Shown: positions 1 to 8,627 of the stretch, piece after piece
Numbering within the stretch: the first letter of the stretch is position 1
Layout of the letters: every line of letters starts with the position of its first letter
Virus genome (UHGV): UHGV-0479444
Source: a virus
Direction: 5' to 3' (one strand)
Length of the DNA stretch: 48,324 bases
Translations under genes and position numbers: made by a program
The notes under the pieces: generated by a model
What the model was told of the DNA's origin: nothing
Database searches by the model: none
The model's input: the letters and a program-made list of their open reading frames with translations, nothing else

Positions 1-147
1 CGGTAATACATATCCGAAGATATGCAATCTGAAGCCAAGAATATTGTATCATCTTCGGGACAGCTACACAATCCAGAACATTTGTTCATGTGCTGGCTGT
101 TATTTTTGTACCCAAATTTAAATACAATAACATAGGAGTGTGATACA

Positions 148-1680
148 ATGTCTTATTTTATCTACGCCAGAAAATCCAGAAAAGACGCCGAACTGGAAGC
201 GCTAGGGATTGATGTTCTGGAACGCCACATTACTACCCTGTTAGAGTTGGCAAAGGCTCTCTCTCTTCCGATCGGTGCGATTTACCGGGAAGTTGTGTCC
301 GGAGACAGTATCGATGCCCGTCCAGTCATGACGCAAGTACTATCCGAGGTGGAAGCCTGTATGTGGGATGGTGCCCTCGTAATGGACGTAGATCGTCTGG
401 CCAGAGGTGATACGATCGATCAGGGGCGTGTGCAGCGTGCATTTTTTTATTCCAACACCCGGATTGTAACACCGAATAAAACCTACGATCCTGCAAATGA
501 GTATGATAATGAGTACTTTGAGTTCAGTTTATTTATGAGCCGCCGGGAGTACGCCACAATCAAGCGCAGAATGCAGCGTGGCAGGGAACGTTCCAGTTCT
601 GACGGTTATTACGTTGGCAATGTTGCCCCTTATGGATGGGAGCGCGTCATTGCGCCGGATGGAAAACACTACTCTCTCGCCCCACATCAGACAGAAGCAC
701 CCGTCCTTGATCTAATGTATGATCTGTGCGGAAATAAGCAGTACGGATACCAGAAAGCCTGTACCTATATGTCCAATATGGGAATCCTTGCAAGGAGTGG
801 CAAACCTTTTACGCCCTCTACTTTAAAAGGGATTATCTCAAATCCAGCAAACATCGGTAAAGTCCGCTGGGGGCATCGTAAGACTGTCAGAGCTGTAAAA
901 GATGGGCGCGTAGTAAAGTCCCGTCCAAAAGCCACAGATTACATCCTCTCAGATGCGGCATGGGCGCCACGGATCAGCCCAGACTTATTTAAACGCGCGA
1001 ACCAACCAAAAGGATGTTTTTCTGCTCCAGTCAGAAACGACAGACCGATACAAAATCTATTTGCAGGTCTGGTCAGATGCTCACAATGCGATCGGCTTAT
1101 GGTCCGCAAGAAAGCGCAAACGAAAACGCCCTATGATATGCTGATTTGTCAGTATACAGAGTGCTCCACAGTAGGTATCCGGATTGATGAACTGGAAGAA
1201 GCTCTTCTGGGGTGGCTGAAAGACTACATAGCCAAATATGAATTTGCTGACACTCATGAGGAAGATACTGCTGCTATTGCCGCAAAAGAATTGATCGTCA
1301 CAAATTTTGAGACTGAACATCAGATGCTTTTAAAACAGAGGGAATCCTTATTCGATTTTTTAGAGCAGGGAATTTACACAAAAGAAATTTTTATTGAGCG
1401 TTCGAATGCACTGGAGCAGCGGATCAGAGACTGCATGAATAACATCACTGCTGCCCGTGAAGATTTGCATACCACAATCGCAAGACAGGCAAACCGGAAA
1501 AATTTTGTGCCGAAGTGCAAGAATTTATTGAGTGAGTGGGACTCTCTGACTGTCTCGGAAAAGAACAGCGCCTTGAGACAGCTGATTGACAGGATTGTTC
1601 TGACTAAGACGAAACGGAACAAGAAAAACCAGAAAAACTCTGAATTCACAATCGATGTGTACCCGAAAGTGCCGAAATAA
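148..1680 (+). CDS. Large serine recombinase (prophage integrase), 510 aa
   Basis: N-terminal resolvase-type catalytic region with Ser nucleophile in YARKSRKD. C-terminal Cys cluster CSQCDR...CQYTEC (recombinase zinc-ribbon) followed by coiled-coil. Sits at the prophage edge. RBS GGAG upstream. Confidence 0.9.
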   Translation: MSYFIYARKSRKDAELEALGIDVLERHITTLLELAKALSLPIGAIYREVVSGDSIDARPVMTQVLSEVEACMWDGALVMDVDRLARGDTIDQGRVQRAFFYSNTRIVTPNKTYDPANEYDNEYFEFSLFMSRREYATIKRRMQRGRERSSSDGYYVGNVAPYGWERVIAPDGKHYSLAPHQTEAPVLDLMYDLCGNKQYGYQKACTYMSNMGILARSGKPFTPSTLKGIISNPANIGKVRWGHRKTVRAVKDGRVVKSRPKATDYILSDAAWAPRISPDLFKRANQPKGCFSAPVRNDRPIQNLFAGLVRCSQCDRLMVRKKAQTKTPYDMLICQYTECSTVGIRIDELEEALLGWLKDYIAKYEFADTHEEDTAAIAAKELIVTNFETEHQMLLKQRESLFDFLEQGIYTKEIFIERSNALEQRIRDCMNNITAAREDLHTTIARQANRKNFVPKCKNLLSEWDSLTVSEKNSALRQLIDRIVLTKTKRNKKNQKNSEFTIDVYPKVPK

Positions 1681-1808
1681 CGGTGCTTTCGGAGTATATT
1701 TATTAGCTGCATCTTTTACGAGCGTATTCTTTCGCACATCTAAGATGCAACTAATACACATTAAATAAGTAGTAACTTTTTGATAAAAATAAGATTGATA
1801 CAATATTC

Positions 1809-1994
1809 TCAGGACGGCAACTCCATCCGCCCAACACTCATATACGCAGCCCGTAAAAAGGTGTGCATCATTTCGGTTGTCAGGATCATCCCTTCTGGCA
1901 GCCGGAACTTGAATGTATTACCTGGTATCTCCAAAAACTCTTGGTAAAGCAAAAATGTATCGTAAGATTCGTATATTTGATATTCCATATCTAT
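1809..1994 (-). CDS. Small hypothetical protein (61 aa), divergent from the accessory operon
   Basis: ATG at 1994 preceded by GGAGGGG RBS. An extended -10 (TGATATAAT) lies upstream on the - strand. No recognisable domain. Confidence 0.4.
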   Translation of the reverse strand: MDMEYQIYESYDTFLLYQEFLEIPGNTFKFRLPEGMILTTEMMHTFLRAAYMSVGRMELPS

Positions 1995-2051
1995 CCCCTC
2001 CATTTATTCCATTATATCATAAAAATATTTTAAAAACTTTTCATTTTCCTA

Positions 2052-2080
2052 TTGACTTTACGCCTTATAAGACGTATAAT
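2052..2080 (+). promoter_or_regulatory. Sigma70-type promoter TTGACT-17-TATAAT with overlapping inverted-repeat operator
   Basis: TTGACT at 2052-2057 and TATAAT at 2075-2080 with an exact 17-nt spacer. Inverted repeat GCCTTAT-N10-ATAAGGC (2062-2085) overlaps the -10. AAAGGAG RBS before the 2115 ATG. Confidence 0.6.
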
Positions 2081-2114
2081 AAGGCCATAAGATAAAGCAA
2101 AGGAGATACGAAAA

Positions 2115-2540
2115 ATGAAAAAATACAACTTATCAAAAATTATGAAAAGAGCATGGGAACTGGTAAAGAAAACATCCTTCGGAATCTCCGAAGCTTTAAA
2201 GAAAGCATGGAAAGAAGCGAAAATGGGAGGAACAAAAATGACAGGAACAGAGAAACAGATCAGTTTTGCAAACGATCTGATCAAAAAAATGAACGAGCAG
2301 TTTGATGCTCTGATCGCAGAGTGCAAGGCAAAATATCCGGAAAGCGTGAGCATGTGGGAATCTCGCAAGGAAGAATACAACAGAATCCTTTCCGAATCTG
2401 ATGCCGGACTCGTAATTGATCTGCTGAAGTGGAACAATGAAACAGCTTACATGAAATACTACCAGAGACTTATGTTTGATCTTAAACACGAACGCAATAC
2501 AATGTGCAGAAGAATTTTAAGTGAAGTTTACGGAAAATAA
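2115..2540 (+). CDS. Hypothetical protein (141 aa), first gene of the int-proximal accessory operon
   Basis: Strong promoter and RBS. Helical, Lys/Glu-rich sequence. No motif recognised. Confidence 0.6.
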   Translation: MKKYNLSKIMKRAWELVKKTSFGISEALKKAWKEAKMGGTKMTGTEKQISFANDLIKKMNEQFDALIAECKAKYPESVSMWESRKEEYNRILSESDAGLVIDLLKWNNETAYMKYYQRLMFDLKHERNTMCRRILSEVYGK

Positions 2541-2618
2541 TTACAAGAAAGACATTGTAGCAAGACGCAAGTGATGTATATGCTGACCTATCGGCTACGG
2601 GGAGAAAGAGGTAGAAAA

Positions 2619-2912
2619 ATGAAAATCAATGGAATCGGAACAATTAAAAAAGAAGAAGCAATGAAGATTTTAACGAGAGAAGGAAGGGAGGCAGTTAAAT
2701 CTGGGGAAATTACAACTGAAGAGCTTGGACGCATGTATAAGCTGGAAATGGTTAAGAAATTATCTAAAATCGGAAAATACGGTTGTACGTTTGCCGAAAA
2801 TTATAATAGAGTGCCGCAAGAAATCGCCGATAAGTTATCACCGGAAGAGATTGCCGAATTAGTAGATAGTTTTTATGATTGCTATAGTGATGGGAGAAAG
2901 AGGGGTGAATAG
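2619..2912 (+). CDS. Hypothetical protein (97 aa)
   Basis: ATG at 2619 with GGAGAAAGAGG RBS. Same operon as 2115-2540. Confidence 0.55.
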   Translation: MKINGIGTIKKEEAMKILTREGREAVKSGEITTEELGRMYKLEMVKKLSKIGKYGCTFAENYNRVPQEIADKLSPEEIAELVDSFYDCYSDGRKRGE

Positions 2913-2913
2913 A

Positions 2914-3117
2914 ATGAGGGAACATTTAAGCAGCGTGCAAAGATTAAGAAAGGCTACAGGGCTAACGCAACAAGAACTTGCCAATAAGACTGGTATTAAC
3001 ATTCGGCAGATACAGAAATACGAGTACGGAGAGTACGATACCGGAAAAATGATGCTCAGGAACGCAATTGCTCTGGCAGATGCGCTGGAATGCGATGTAC
3101 GGGAATTGATCAGATAA
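2914..3117 (+). CDS. XRE-family helix-turn-helix DNA-binding protein (67 aa)
   Basis: Motif GLTQQELANKTGINIRQIQKYEYG is a classic XRE HTH. ATG at 2914 follows GGGAGAAAGAGGGG. Stop/start spacing of 1 nt with the upstream gene. Confidence 0.7.
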   Translation: MREHLSSVQRLRKATGLTQQELANKTGINIRQIQKYEYGEYDTGKMMLRNAIALADALECDVRELIR

Positions 3118-3307
3118 AAAGAAAAGGATAAGCATTAAGCCTATCCCTATCTTTTAGCTATTTAAAGCTACTTCTAATATTTCAATCCGCGAAACTGTGA
3201 TTTGCTCAGTCTCCGCAATACAGAGCATCATCTGTATTGGACAGTTTTATAATACCACATTTGTACGGGTGTGTAAATACATTAGTAGTAATTGCGTGGA
3301 AATTTCA

Positions 3308-3340
3308 CCCCTCAGAGAACGATCTCCGAGGGGATTTTTA
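3308..3340. terminator. Bidirectional rho-independent terminator between the + accessory operon and the - lysis genes
   Basis: Hairpin CCCCTCAGAGA-acga-TCTCCGAGGGG followed by ATTTTTATT on the + strand. The complement gives a T-containing tail after the endolysin stop. Confidence 0.6.
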
Positions 3341-4147
3341 TTAAATAGATGTGGTCTCTTTACTGTAAATTACCGACATGAGCCTTGCATACCATGGCGC
3401 TTTAGGACTCCACTTGTAACACGGAATGTCCTTACCATTGTTGTCCTTGTAAATCTTCTGGATGATTTTTAATTCGTCTGGATGACCCAATGTTATTACT
3501 TTTTGACCGTCAAAATAATACACTGCACCTTTTCCCTCTACTGTAAATAAACATTTCATCTCTTCTTCTCCTTCCTGTTCGATTCCTGTATTCTGGTTAT
3601 TTTTTTGTTCGCTGCATGCAGACGCTCTACTGTCGATCGCCTTTGCAATCAGCTCAGCAATTCCTTTTGTGCCTAAATTCCGATACCGTGCTACATCATC
3701 TGTGCCGGTGCAAAATAATGTCTCTACGATCATGCCAGGCATATTAGATGCATTCAGATCATGGTATCCCGAACTGTACTTTACACCACGGTTAGTAAAT
3801 CCTTTTCCTGCAAAATTATTACAGATGTTGCTTGCGATTGTGTTCATTGTCTGGTTAGATGCATCGTATAACCACACCTCTGTACCGCCAGCTGACGCCG
3901 CTCCTGCCGCATTCATGTGCAAGGTGACATAGATATCACATCCCGCACTATTCGCCTTATTTGTTCCGTCAGATAACTCGCTGGACACATTGGATGCATT
4001 GGAATTACAATCAACCACAGTATGACCGACAGCCTGCAACATTGGTGCAAGCTCATTGTAGATCTTCCGCACTTCTGCCTGCTCATCGATCAGACCTATT
4101 GCACCTTTACAATTCGGGGAATGCCCTCCCCTTAAGCCAATTTTCAT
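3341..4147 (-). CDS. Endolysin: N-acetylmuramoyl-L-alanine amidase (Amidase_3/CwlA-like) with C-terminal ~70-aa putative wall-binding domain
   Basis: N-terminus MKIGLRGGHSPNCKGAIGLIDE resembles the zinc amidase_3 start motif. Adjacent to the holin. Confidence 0.85.
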   Translation of the reverse strand: MKIGLRGGHSPNCKGAIGLIDEQAEVRKIYNELAPMLQAVGHTVVDCNSNASNVSSELSDGTNKANSAGCDIYVTLHMNAAGAASAGGTEVWLYDASNQTMNTIASNICNNFAGKGFTNRGVKYSSGYHDLNASNMPGMIVETLFCTGTDDVARYRNLGTKGIAELIAKAIDSRASACSEQKNNQNTGIEQEGEEEMKCLFTVEGKGAVYYFDGQKVITLGHPDELKIIQKIYKDNNGKDIPCYKWSPKAPWYARLMSVIYSKETTSI

Positions 4148-4233
4148 TCTTTCTCTTCCTCCTGCTCTTCTGTTTCAAATGCTTTTTCCAGTTCCTCTGC
4201 GGATACTCTGCCAAATTCGTTCTGTTCGCTCAT
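4144..4233 (-). CDS. Tiny acidic ORF (29 aa, MSEQNEFGRVSAEELEKAFETEEQEEEKE) coupled to the endolysin
   Basis: AAGGAGGTGAGAAC RBS. Its TGA stop overlaps the endolysin ATG (ATGA). Confidence 0.35.
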   Translation of the reverse strand: MSEQNEFGRVSAEELEKAFETEEQEEEKE

Positions 4234-4276
4234 GTTCTCACCTCCTTGTGCGATGTCGCACAATAAAAGAGGACGA

Positions 4277-4729
4277 TTACTCGCCCTCCTGCTCCTGTGA
4301 TTTATTTGTTAAAACATCCAGTGCTTTTTTTAACGCTTCCGGATATTTCACGCCCATAATTCCAACATTTTCCAAAATCGAGATACCCTCATTTGCTATA
4401 AATGCCAGTACCACGGCTGTACGGATGTAGTCTACGCCGAGAGTAACATCCAGCCGATATGCAATAAGTACGATCAGTAGGGATACCCCTTTTCTGCACA
4501 AACCTTTCCACGCTGAGTAGCTGCTTAGCGCACCGTTCTCTGATTTGTTGCTCTTTTTCCAAAAGGCAGCGATCAGCAATCCAAGAACAAAGTCTACTCC
4601 CATAAAAATAAGTAATGTAGTCAAATCCTCGGACCATCCTCCAATCAGGTTTACGAATCCTCCAGCAATAGCTCCAAACACCATGCATAAAAACGCTTTT
4701 ACATTTGCCAACTGCTCCATTTTCTTCAT
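4277..4729 (-). CDS. Holin, toxin-secretion/phage-lysis holin family (TcdE/holin_4_1-like), 150 aa
   Basis: Three predicted TM helices. Conserved ISILENVG motif. Start MKKMEQ at 4729 with AGTGAGGA RBS. Confidence 0.8.
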   Translation of the reverse strand: MKKMEQLANVKAFLCMVFGAIAGGFVNLIGGWSEDLTTLLIFMGVDFVLGLLIAAFWKKSNKSENGALSSYSAWKGLCRKGVSLLIVLIAYRLDVTLGVDYIRTAVVLAFIANEGISILENVGIMGVKYPEALKKALDVLTNKSQEQEGE

Positions 4730-4811
4730 ATCCTCACTTTCCTTTCTGTTTTTAAAGTATAAAAATAAGACCATCACGGTCTTGCTCTAATCTCCATATT
4801 CGCTCCTTTAA

Positions 4812-7800
4812 TCAATCATCTGTAATCCACGTGAACGTTGCGTGACGTTCTGTCCATGCGGCATTCTCCACATAAATCTTGATCCCCCCATCTTTTCTTA
4901 TGCCGTATCTTCCCGTTCCAAATATGTTAGATCCTGAAACTTCACTATAGGGAGCAAAGAAATCCACAACCGGTCGATATCCTACTGGAATTTTCACTTC
5001 GTTGAATGGCCCGTATTCGCCACTTCCCGGAAATTGTGCAATCATTGTGATCTTGCATGTTACCATACATCCTCTTCTTTTTAGTTCCACACGGATGTTA
5101 TTAGCGGAGTTTGTACTTGTATATGGACCTTTCACGGTACCGGAATCGTAAGAGATAGATTTTGTAAGCTGCTTAATTGTCCTAATAAGCCATATGCTAT
5201 CTCCATTTATGTTTGTCACCGAAAAGTCTCGCATCTCCTCATCTCCGCGAATAGAGCATACCATAGATCCATTCGCGATATCATCCGCCATGCTACTGCC
5301 GCCGGAATAAAATTCTAATCCAGAGTAGTTTAATCGACTCCCCCAGTACCTAGACGGTGTAAACGATCTTACCATGTCAATATTCTCTTTTTTTACAAAA
5401 ACGGAAATTGTACCGTCACTGCTTTTAGACACGATCTCTCCGGTGTCTACATTTATGTAAAAGTGTCCACCCTTACTCTTAATAAGTCCGGCTGTTACAG
5501 TTCCAAGGTTGGCAACGATCGCACTGAGCGTTTGCACGTCCAGATTCTCGACTGCGATATAATGGATCACCCACCTACTTCCATCCCACCGCTTGATCGG
5601 CTGACCGGATGCTGTCTGCCATAACTGGCCAACTTTAGGATTTGACGGAGCCGTAGAAGATACAATTATGCCACTTGGTCCTGTTGCTCCTTGTGGTCCT
5701 GTCGCACCTTGTTCTCCTTTAATCTTCGCCCACTTATAAGATCCAACACTTGTAGGATCGGACTGATTGTAATCCACACAAGTACCGATATACGTTCCCA
5801 CATCTTCTCCGCTGTTTCCGGTAAACGTTTTTCCTCCATCATTAGAATATTTAATGTGAAGATAGCTTGTCTTGCCGTTTGCGCCATTTGTCCCCGGAAT
5901 CCCCTGCGTTCCCTGTGGTCCTTGCACTCCCTGGAAGCGTGACCAGGTATATTTCTTTGGATCCGTGCTATCTTCCTGTGTGAAGTCTACGTAAGTACCA
6001 ATATATGTGTTAGGTATCTCTGTCATCTGGTTAGAGGTGGTTGGATTCGATACTGCGGAATACTTGATGTGAAAATAGGTGCTCTTCCCTTTAATATTGG
6101 TTCCGCTTGGTACAGGTCTGCTATCTAAGACAGGTGCTGTCTGCTTATAATTTCCATTCTGCCATGTATATCCTGTTGGCTTAGGTGTCCAGTTGACCAC
6201 AAAATCAGTCTTTACAAAGTATTTACCGCCACCTCTTAAATATAATACAGGGATTGATCCATAAGTCAGTTGTTTATAGCTGGCAGGCGACACTGAACAA
6301 AATGAATACGTGTCTGCATAAATAATACATTCGCCAGAAGTAGTTCCCCACCCAGATCCAATGGAAGCCAGATCTAAATTCACCGAGAATCCGCTAACAT
6401 GTGTACTCCAGGATGGTTTTGTTCCACTATTTAAAGACACATTAACCAAAATACGATTATAAACACTCGTTGGAAGCTGACTCCCCACAACGGGATACCA
6501 TTTATTTACATCGTAAGTTTTGGTATCAGATAAGTCTATCGTTGCTGATGATCTCCAGTAGTTTACACCTGCAGCTCCAGTATCTCCTTTGGGACCCTGT
6601 ATCCCCTGTTCACCTTTAGGACCTTGTATTCCCTGCAAACCCGGGACTCCCTGAGGACCACGTTCCCCCTGTTCGCCTTTTATTTTTGTCCATGTATACT
6701 TCGTAGCATCTGTACTATCTGCCTGTGTATAATCCGTGTACTGCCCGATATAGAGCTTATTTGTACCATCCGTGGTGGAAAATCCCGTCTTGCCATCTGC
6801 ACTGTTTGCGTAGGCGATATGTAGATACGGGGTCTTTCCATCAGCTCCCGGCTTTCCGGGTGTTCCGATCGCCCCGTCTGTGCCTTTGATCTTACTCCAT
6901 GCGTATTTTGTCGGGTCTGCGCTGTCATTTTGCGTAAAATCAACATACATTCCGATATATTCCCGATTACTGTCGGATACAGAAAAATCTTTAGACCCAT
7001 CTGCGCTGTTTGCATAAGCAATGTGGGTGTACTGTGTTTTTCCGTCCTTCCCATCTTTTCCCGGGATTCCCTGATCCCCTTTTGGACCCTGTATACCATC
7101 CAATCCCGGAGCGCCTTGTGGACCCGGAGGTCCCTGTTCGCCTTGCTCTCCTTTCTCACCTTGCGGACCCTGTTCTCCGTCTTTTCCATCCTCTCCATCC
7201 ATTACATCCGTGATCGTAACCTCGTAATACCCTCTACGCACGCCGTTTTCAAACGCCGTAAAAGAGTACACTACTTTTACATCCACATCCTCTGCATTAA
7301 CCGTAACGCTCTTACCAACGTAAAACTCTGTCCCATCTTTACTCCACCGGATTTCCAGATTTCCTGTGACGTCCACGCCGTTATCGTAAGCGTAAGCGGT
7401 CAGAGTAGTGCTACCGATGCCATTTTTAAAAATAATGCCGTTGTTTGTTGAGATAGAGCAAGTATAAACCTTATTTTTATTAATAAGGTCTTGCATCCTC
7501 TGTAATAAGCTGTCCGAAATTTCGGATGTAAGCTCTTTGTAGTTTGTAAATACCGTCTTTGCTGTCTTTGGATTTGTAAGACTGCGCACCTGTTCGGACA
7601 CTCTCGCCTGTAGATAAAGCACTGGTGTCCACTCCTGATCCTGCATCCTCACGGTGTCCCCGATGTTGGTGTCAAAATATCCGTCCACCTCGTAAGTCAC
7701 CACCGGTTCAGATGCTGTTTTAAGATCAGACAGAGCCATGCTATAGAGCTTGTCCTTGCTGTCTGTATCGTACTCTTTACGCATCAGGATATAAGCATCA

Positions 7801-8627
7801 GCCTTATTTACGATGTTGGATGGGAACCGGTCCCTTGCCTGTGGTGCGCGGATGATCGCACCGTCTGTAAAGTACTCGATATTGCCGTTCTCATCGTATT
7901 CTTTTTTGTCCAGTCCATTGATCGTCAGCCCGTCTTTCCCGGTCGGCTGGATACAGGTGTAAAGCTTCTCGGCATCTGTGGTTTTTCGAATTCCGGTAAT
8001 TCCTTTCCCGTACCGCAGTACAATGTCATTCCGGTATTCTCCGACTCCGCTGTCTGTATCGGAGTGTTTCCGATATACATTTAGGACAATCTCTTTTAAA
8101 GAGTAGTCTCTGTTCAGTACTGTCTCAAATTCGATCTCCGCAGAAAAGACATTAGCCAGGGAGAATAATCTCTTTAATACGGACGTTGTACCTGTCCATT
8201 CGTTGGTGATCCGCTTATCTGATACCTCGTTAAGTCCTAATTTTAGTGTTCTCTCGGCGTCAAATACGGTAAGGTACTCTTCAAAGCTCATGGCTTTTCC
8301 AGCTTTGTATTCTCCAGCATCCTCGTTAATAAGCTCAAACGGCAGTGACCATGCCGTAGCAGTAATCGTCTGTTCCGTTTTATCGGTATTTACAATGTTT
8401 AAGTAGTATGATTTCCCCTTGTAAGTAAATGCCACCTTATTCCCAGCTTTGATATGCTGTGCGTCTGGATGCTTTGCATTTACCGTAAAAGTGTAAGTAT
8501 TCGCCGTACCCTGTAAGTATTCGTGTAGATCATCATTCCAGTAGTGCATGGACTTTTTATGTGCATTATCCATAAACGCTACTGGCGTGTTATTTGCGCT
8601 TAAAATCGCAATTCTGATGTTATCCAT
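4812..8627 (-). CDS. Tail-associated lysin/tail fibre (Tal-type 'prophage tail endopeptidase' N-terminal region), 1271 aa, with collagen-like G-X-Y segments and four ~50-aa repeats
   Basis: Lies directly after Dit. N-terminal ~400 aa resemble siphovirus Tal. Three G-X-Y triplet runs (e.g. GEQGPQGEKGEQGEQGPPGPQGAPG). Four copies of Y(L/T/F)HI(A/K)Y...YIG.Y.D(F/Y)TQ.DS.D..KY.W.KIKG. Confidence 0.8.
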   Translation of the reverse strand: MDNIRIAILSANNTPVAFMDNAHKKSMHYWNDDLHEYLQGTANTYTFTVNAKHPDAQHIKAGNKVAFTYKGKSYYLNIVNTDKTEQTITATAWSLPFELINEDAGEYKAGKAMSFEEYLTVFDAERTLKLGLNEVSDKRITNEWTGTTSVLKRLFSLANVFSAEIEFETVLNRDYSLKEIVLNVYRKHSDTDSGVGEYRNDIVLRYGKGITGIRKTTDAEKLYTCIQPTGKDGLTINGLDKKEYDENGNIEYFTDGAIIRAPQARDRFPSNIVNKADAYILMRKEYDTDSKDKLYSMALSDLKTASEPVVTYEVDGYFDTNIGDTVRMQDQEWTPVLYLQARVSEQVRSLTNPKTAKTVFTNYKELTSEISDSLLQRMQDLINKNKVYTCSISTNNGIIFKNGIGSTTLTAYAYDNGVDVTGNLEIRWSKDGTEFYVGKSVTVNAEDVDVKVVYSFTAFENGVRRGYYEVTITDVMDGEDGKDGEQGPQGEKGEQGEQGPPGPQGAPGLDGIQGPKGDQGIPGKDGKDGKTQYTHIAYANSADGSKDFSVSDSNREYIGMYVDFTQNDSADPTKYAWSKIKGTDGAIGTPGKPGADGKTPYLHIAYANSADGKTGFSTTDGTNKLYIGQYTDYTQADSTDATKYTWTKIKGEQGERGPQGVPGLQGIQGPKGEQGIQGPKGDTGAAGVNYWRSSATIDLSDTKTYDVNKWYPVVGSQLPTSVYNRILVNVSLNSGTKPSWSTHVSGFSVNLDLASIGSGWGTTSGECIIYADTYSFCSVSPASYKQLTYGSIPVLYLRGGGKYFVKTDFVVNWTPKPTGYTWQNGNYKQTAPVLDSRPVPSGTNIKGKSTYFHIKYSAVSNPTTSNQMTEIPNTYIGTYVDFTQEDSTDPKKYTWSRFQGVQGPQGTQGIPGTNGANGKTSYLHIKYSNDGGKTFTGNSGEDVGTYIGTCVDYNQSDPTSVGSYKWAKIKGEQGATGPQGATGPSGIIVSSTAPSNPKVGQLWQTASGQPIKRWDGSRWVIHYIAVENLDVQTLSAIVANLGTVTAGLIKSKGGHFYINVDTGEIVSKSSDGTISVFVKKENIDMVRSFTPSRYWGSRLNYSGLEFYSGGSSMADDIANGSMVCSIRGDEEMRDFSVTNINGDSIWLIRTIKQLTKSISYDSGTVKGPYTSTNSANNIRVELKRRGCMVTCKITMIAQFPGSGEYGPFNEVKIPVGYRPVVDFFAPYSEVSGSNIFGTGRYGIRKDGGIKIYVENAAWTERHATFTWITDD

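Noticed and set aside
1-90. - strand ORF starting at 90 and running off the left edge (MNKCSGLCSCPEDD...)
   Set aside because: It is too short in-window to evaluate and may be host flank. It is mentioned under the attL finding only.
953-1803. ORFs overlapping or antisense to the integrase (953-1144+, 1081-1320-, 1374-1712-, 1525-1803-)
   Set aside because: They are fully embedded in a well-supported 510-aa recombinase gene and have no RBS. These are typical spurious frames.
5666-7451. ORFs inside or antisense to the tail-fibre gene (6680-7198-, 6930-7451+, etc.)
   Set aside because: They are embedded in the collagen-repeat coding region. The frames are proline/arginine-rich artefacts of GGN repeats.
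4812-8627. Diversity-generating retroelement target in the tail fibre
   Set aside because: There is no reverse transcriptase and no template-repeat copy elsewhere in the window.
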